NCBI GenBank assembly: GCA_963749495.1 | Contig: CAVVMW010000023.1 | Span: 512,001 to 576,000, forward strand | Direction of reading: 5' to 3' | Source: an uncultured bacterium | GTDB taxonomy: Bacteria > Verrucomicrobiota > Verrucomicrobiia > Limisphaerales > UBA8199 | DNA length: 64,000 nt | Shown here: in pieces, positions 59,988 to 64,000 of the stretch | Layout: each line of letters begins with the position of its first letter | How positions within the stretch are numbered: the stretch's first letter is position 1 | Made by a program: the position numbers and the translations under genes | The notes under the pieces: generated by a model | Seen by the model: only the letters and a program-made list of their open reading frames with translations | The model's database searches: none | What the model was told of the DNA's origin: nothing

Positions 59988-62876
59988 ATGAAAACCTGGA
60001 AACTCACACGCAGGAGTTGGGTCGTGCTGGTCTTGGCTGTGGCGGCTGTGGTTGGCTGTCTGAGAGCGGGCGTGGCGCAGGGGGCGGAGGGCGCGCCGGC
60101 GCGGGAACGGTTGTTGCTGGATTGGGGCTGGAAGTTCCACCTGGGCAACGAGTGGGGCACCGGCGAAGACCTCGAGAAGGCCGGTTCAAGCGCCGGCCCG
60201 GCCCGGCCCGATTTCAACGACGGAAGCTGGCGCGCCCTGGACCTTCCGCACGACTGGGCCATCGAGTTGCCGTTCGACCGGAACGCCGACACGTCACACG
60301 GCTTCAAGCCGGTCGGGCCGCGTTTTGAGACCAACAGCGTGGGGTGGTATCGGCGGACGTTCACGCTCCCGCGGCAGGACGCCGCCAAGCGCCTCTGGCT
60401 GGAGTTCGACGGGGCATTCCGCGACACGCGGGTTTATGTGAACGGCTATTTCGTGGGACACCACGAAAGCGGCTACAGCGGGTTCCGCTACGACATCACC
60501 GACGTGGCCAATTGCGGCGGTCGGAACGTCGTCTCGGTGCGGGTGGATGCCTCGCTCTTCGAGGGCTGGTTCTACGAAGGGGCAGGGATCTACCGGCACG
60601 TCTGGCTGACCAAGACCGGGCCGCTGGCCGTCGCTCCGGACGGCATCTTCGTCTATAGCAAATTCAACGGCCCCATCCCGGAAGGCCCCGCCGAGATCCG
60701 GGTCCAGGCCAGGCTCAGCAACGCCCAGGATGCGGCCGCCGAACCAACCGTGCGCGCCGAGGTGCTCGATCCCACGGGCAACGTAGCCGCCCAGGGGAGC
60801 ACTACCGCCAAACTGGCGGCCTGGTCCCAAAACAAGGCCACGCTCTCCCTGCCACTGGACCACCACTACCTGTGGTCGCCCGAGTCACCTACGCTCTACA
60901 AGCTGGTCACGACGGTCGAGGCGGGCGGGGTTGTGGCGGACCGGACCGAGACGCAGTTCGGCGTCCGCACGATGAGCTTCGACCCCGATAAAGGCTTTCT
61001 CCTTAACGGCAAGCCCTACGTGATGAAGGGCACCTGCAATCACCAGGACCACGCCGGCGTGGGCGCCGCCGTGCCGGACCGGCTCCAGTATTTCCGCGTG
61101 GCCCGGCTCAAGGAGATGGGCTGCAACGCCTACCGCACCTCGCACAACGCGCCCACGCCCGAGTTGCTCGAGGCCTGCGACCGCCTGGGCATGCTGGTGA
61201 TGGACGAGAACCGCCTGCTGGGCAGCGACGCCATGAACCTGGACCGGCTCGAACGCCAGGTCCGGCGCGACCGCAACCACGCCAGCGTCGTGGTCTGGTC
61301 CATCGCCAACGAAGAGGGCGTGCAAACCACGCCCACGGGCGGACGCGTCGCCCAAACGATGCAGCAGCTCATTCACCAACTCGACCCGACGCGCCAGGTG
61401 ACGATGGCCGCAAACGTGGGCAATGAATATGCCGGCATCAACCGCATTATCGATGTCCGCGGCTGGAATTACCAGATCGGCAGGGCCATCGACAATTACC
61501 ACACCGCCCACCCGGCGCAGCCCAACGTCGGCACCGAGCAGGCCAGCACCGTCTGCACCCGCGGCATCTATGCCAACGACCCCAAACGCGGCTACGTCAG
61601 CGCCTACGACAACAACGCCCCGCCCTGGGCCCACACAACCGAGACCTGGTGGAAATTCTTCGCCCCCCGCCCCTGGCTCTCCGGCGGCTATGCCTGGACC
61701 GGCTTTGATTATCGGGGCGAGCCCACACCGTACGGCTGGCCCTGCATCAACTCGCACTTCGGCATCGTCAATACCTGCGGTTTCCCCAAGGACAATTTCT
61801 ACTATTACCAGGCCTGGTGGGGCGAGCGCCCCATGGCGCACCTGCTGCCGCATTGGACCTGGCCGGACAAGGAAGGCCAGGAAATCGATGTCCGCTGCTT
61901 CAGCAACTGCGACGAGGTTGAACTCTTCCTCAACGGCCAGAGCCTGGGCAAACAAGCCGTGCAGAAAAACTCGCACCTGAGGTGGAAGGTGAAGTACGCC
62001 CCGGGCACCCTCTTGGCCACGGGCCTCAAGGCCGGCCAAACCGCCGCCCAGGACAAAGTCCAAACGGCCGGCGCGCCCGCGGGCATCCAGCTCACGCCCG
62101 ACCGCCCTGACATCAACGCCGACGGCCAGGACGTGAGCATCATCACTGTGGCCGTCACCGACGCCCAGGGCCGCGTCGTCCCGGTGGCCGGCAACTCGGT
62201 GAGCTTCCAGTTGAGCGGCCCAGGCCGCATCCTGGGCGTGGGCAACGGCGACCCCAGTTGCCACGAGGCCGATGTGTTCGTCGGCAAACCGGGCGCCAGG
62301 TCCGTGTCCCTGGACGGCTGGCGGATGAAGCTCGTGCCGGACACCAAAGACCGCCCGGAGGTGGCGGCGGCTTACAGCGTGAGGAACTGGGCCCGGGTGG
62401 ATGTCCGGACCGACTACGGCCCTCTCGAACCGGGCCAATGCGCGGTCTTCCGCAAGACGTATTCCGCGCCGCCCGAAGTCCTTTCGGCCACCAATATCAC
62501 CCTCTCCTTCGGCATGATCGATGACGAGGGCTGGGTTTATATCAACGGCCAACTCGCCGGCGAGTCCCACGACTGGTCCTCCTCGCCCACCTTCGACATT
62601 CGCAAGTTCCTTCAGGAAGGCGACAACACGATTGCCGTGGCGGTCAAGAACAACGAAGGCCAGGGCGGCATCAACCGGGGCGTGGCGTTGCTCATCCAGG
62701 ACAGGCCCGTCCTGCCCGACTGGAAACGGAGTGTCTTCAACGGCCTGGCCCAGGTGCTGGTGCAGTCCTCCAGCGAACCGGGCGAACTCAAGCTCACCGC
62801 CAACGCCGAGGGCCTGGCCCCGGCCACACTGCTGGTCCCCGCCCGTGCCTGCGCCCCGCGCCCCGCGGTGCAGTAG
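59988..62876 (+). CDS. Glycoside hydrolase family 2 (beta-galactosidase-like), exported
   Basis: Signal peptide; LPHDW, GIYRHVWL, HQDH, RTSHN, WSIANEE, WTGFDYRGEP; extra carbohydrate-binding-like insert. Confidence 0.93.
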   Translation: MKTWKLTRRSWVVLVLAVAAVVGCLRAGVAQGAEGAPARERLLLDWGWKFHLGNEWGTGEDLEKAGSSAGPARPDFNDGSWRALDLPHDWAIELPFDRNADTSHGFKPVGPRFETNSVGWYRRTFTLPRQDAAKRLWLEFDGAFRDTRVYVNGYFVGHHESGYSGFRYDITDVANCGGRNVVSVRVDASLFEGWFYEGAGIYRHVWLTKTGPLAVAPDGIFVYSKFNGPIPEGPAEIRVQARLSNAQDAAAEPTVRAEVLDPTGNVAAQGSTTAKLAAWSQNKATLSLPLDHHYLWSPESPTLYKLVTTVEAGGVVADRTETQFGVRTMSFDPDKGFLLNGKPYVMKGTCNHQDHAGVGAAVPDRLQYFRVARLKEMGCNAYRTSHNAPTPELLEACDRLGMLVMDENRLLGSDAMNLDRLERQVRRDRNHASVVVWSIANEEGVQTTPTGGRVAQTMQQLIHQLDPTRQVTMAANVGNEYAGINRIIDVRGWNYQIGRAIDNYHTAHPAQPNVGTEQASTVCTRGIYANDPKRGYVSAYDNNAPPWAHTTETWWKFFAPRPWLSGGYAWTGFDYRGEPTPYGWPCINSHFGIVNTCGFPKDNFYYYQAWWGERPMAHLLPHWTWPDKEGQEIDVRCFSNCDEVELFLNGQSLGKQAVQKNSHLRWKVKYAPGTLLATGLKAGQTAAQDKVQTAGAPAGIQLTPDRPDINADGQDVSIITVAVTDAQGRVVPVAGNSVSFQLSGPGRILGVGNGDPSCHEADVFVGKPGARSVSLDGWRMKLVPDTKDRPEVAAAYSVRNWARVDVRTDYGPLEPGQCAVFRKTYSAPPEVLSATNITLSFGMIDDEGWVYINGQLAGESHDWSSSPTFDIRKFLQEGDNTIAVAVKNNEGQGGINRGVALLIQDRPVLPDWKRSVFNGLAQVLVQSSSEPGELKLTANAEGLAPATLLVPARACAPRPAVQ

Positions 62877-63400
62877 GTCGAGGGTCGAGGGGAGAATGAC
62901 GAATGACGAATGACGAATGACGAATGACGGACAGGGGATCAGAGGCGCCACCTACGGCCACAGGACGGTCACGAACGGAGGCAGGACAGAGGATACGATG
63001 CAACGGTTTGCGCGCACCCGCAATGCCCCGTTGTCGAAGGGCTTCTCGCCCGGCGCATCCGGATACTGCCCCCGGAGCGCCGACTTTTAGTCGGCTTTGC
63101 GCGCACCTCGCCCTCACTCGCGCGCCTATGGATTCTGGACGTGCTAAGCCGACTGCAAGTCGGCGCTCCGGTCCTTCGACATCGGCCGCGGGGGCAGTTT
63201 CCGGATGCGCCCTCACCGCCGACTTGATCACGCGGCGCAAGAGCGATCCGGCCAAGCTCGGAATGGCGGCGCGCCTGCGCAGCCAGACGACACTTCCATT
63301 CGTCATTCGTCATTCGTCATTCGTCATTCGTCATTCGTCATTCCCTCGCCCCTCGGCCCTCGATCCACTCCCCCCTCGACACGCGCCCCTCGACACGCGA
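62877..63400. repeat. Concentric composite: (GAGGGTC) > (GAATGAC)n > MITE-like core < (TCATTCG)n < (CCCTCG)
   Basis: Arrays at 62877-62929 and 63297-63395; core TIR GGCGCATCCGGATACTGCCCC / GGGGCAGTTTCCGGATGCGCC at ~63052-63212. Confidence 0.85.
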
Positions 63401-63410
63401 CATTCGGGCC

Positions 63411-64000
63411 GTGAGACAGACCGAACAACAATTCGAGGGACTGCTCTCGCGCTATTTCGAGCGGTTGCTGGAGGAGGCGCCGGCACTGGCGGCGGTCCAT
63501 GGGGTGCGGCAAGGGGAGGGCAAACTGGGCCGGTGGTCGGCGGCGTTTCACCGGCGGCGTGAGAAGGCGCGGCAAGGGGCGCTGCAGGCCCTGGAGCGGA
63601 TTCGCCCCGGGAACTGGCCAACGAGCAGCAGTTGGATCGCCTGGCCTTGCGCAGCCAACTGCTCAAGGAGTGCGAGGACTACGCGCGGGGCCGGCACACC
63701 CTCGAGCCCAATGCGCCCGAGCAACTGCTCAATATCCTCCTGCACGAATTGCAGCGCGGCGACGACGAGCCGGCGCGGGCGGCGCGCAACCTCCGCGCCC
63801 TGCTCAAGCAGGCGCCGGCCTTCCTGGACGAGGCGCTGGAGGCGGTCCAAGAACCGGAACGGGTCTGGCTGCGCGTGATGGAGCAAACCGTGGCGGGCGG
63901 CGCGACGTTGCTGGCCGGGGTGGGAAAATTCCTTGACTCGGCCGGGTCGCAGCCCGGCGACGCCTCGCTGATCCGGGCGGCGGAGCGGGCGCTGGGAAGG
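63411..64000 (+). CDS. DUF885-family-like protein, partial (frameshift near 63605)
   Basis: MRQTEQQFEGLLSRYFERLLEEAPALAAVHG..(ELANEQQLDRLAL)..LKQAPAFLDEA. Confidence 0.65.

Noticed and set aside
1..64000. tRNA, rRNA or riboswitch
   Set aside because: None recognised by eye; the hairpins seen belong to repeat families. An Infernal/Rfam scan would be needed to exclude them.

Overview
High-GC bacterial DNA whose gene content and repeat types suggest Verrucomicrobiota (inference). It looks like a long-read assembly, with about 15 single-base frameshifts in otherwise conserved genes. 1-34.2 kb (minus strand): exosortase-associated surface-polysaccharide locus with an AraC regulator, OM beta-barrel, Wza/Wzc, exosortase, neuBCA, asnB, wzm/wzt, wecB, several GT4 enzymes, a Wzy/WaaL-like gene and a CapK-like gene. 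It is interrupted by an ISKra4/ISLre2-type IS (9-bp TSD), an ABC-ATPase + PD-(D/E)xK cassette and toxin-antitoxin remnants. 35-40.5 kb: orphan phage module (GpA-type terminase with in-frame repeat insertions, Mu gp27-like gene, HEAT-nuclease, Gam) without portal, capsid or integrase. 40.7-64 kb: lysA, pilT, TPR, spermidine synthase-like gene, a sigma28-promoter gene, tandem TolB/TPR paralogues, an ECF sigma/FecR-PA14/sigma70 trio, a partial nuoABC-x-D-I operon, a GH2 and a DUF885-like gene. The most striking feature is a dense set of 7-9-nt tandem repeats, REP-like palindromes and MITEs that nest in each other, sit on stop codons and are translated in-frame inside proteins.
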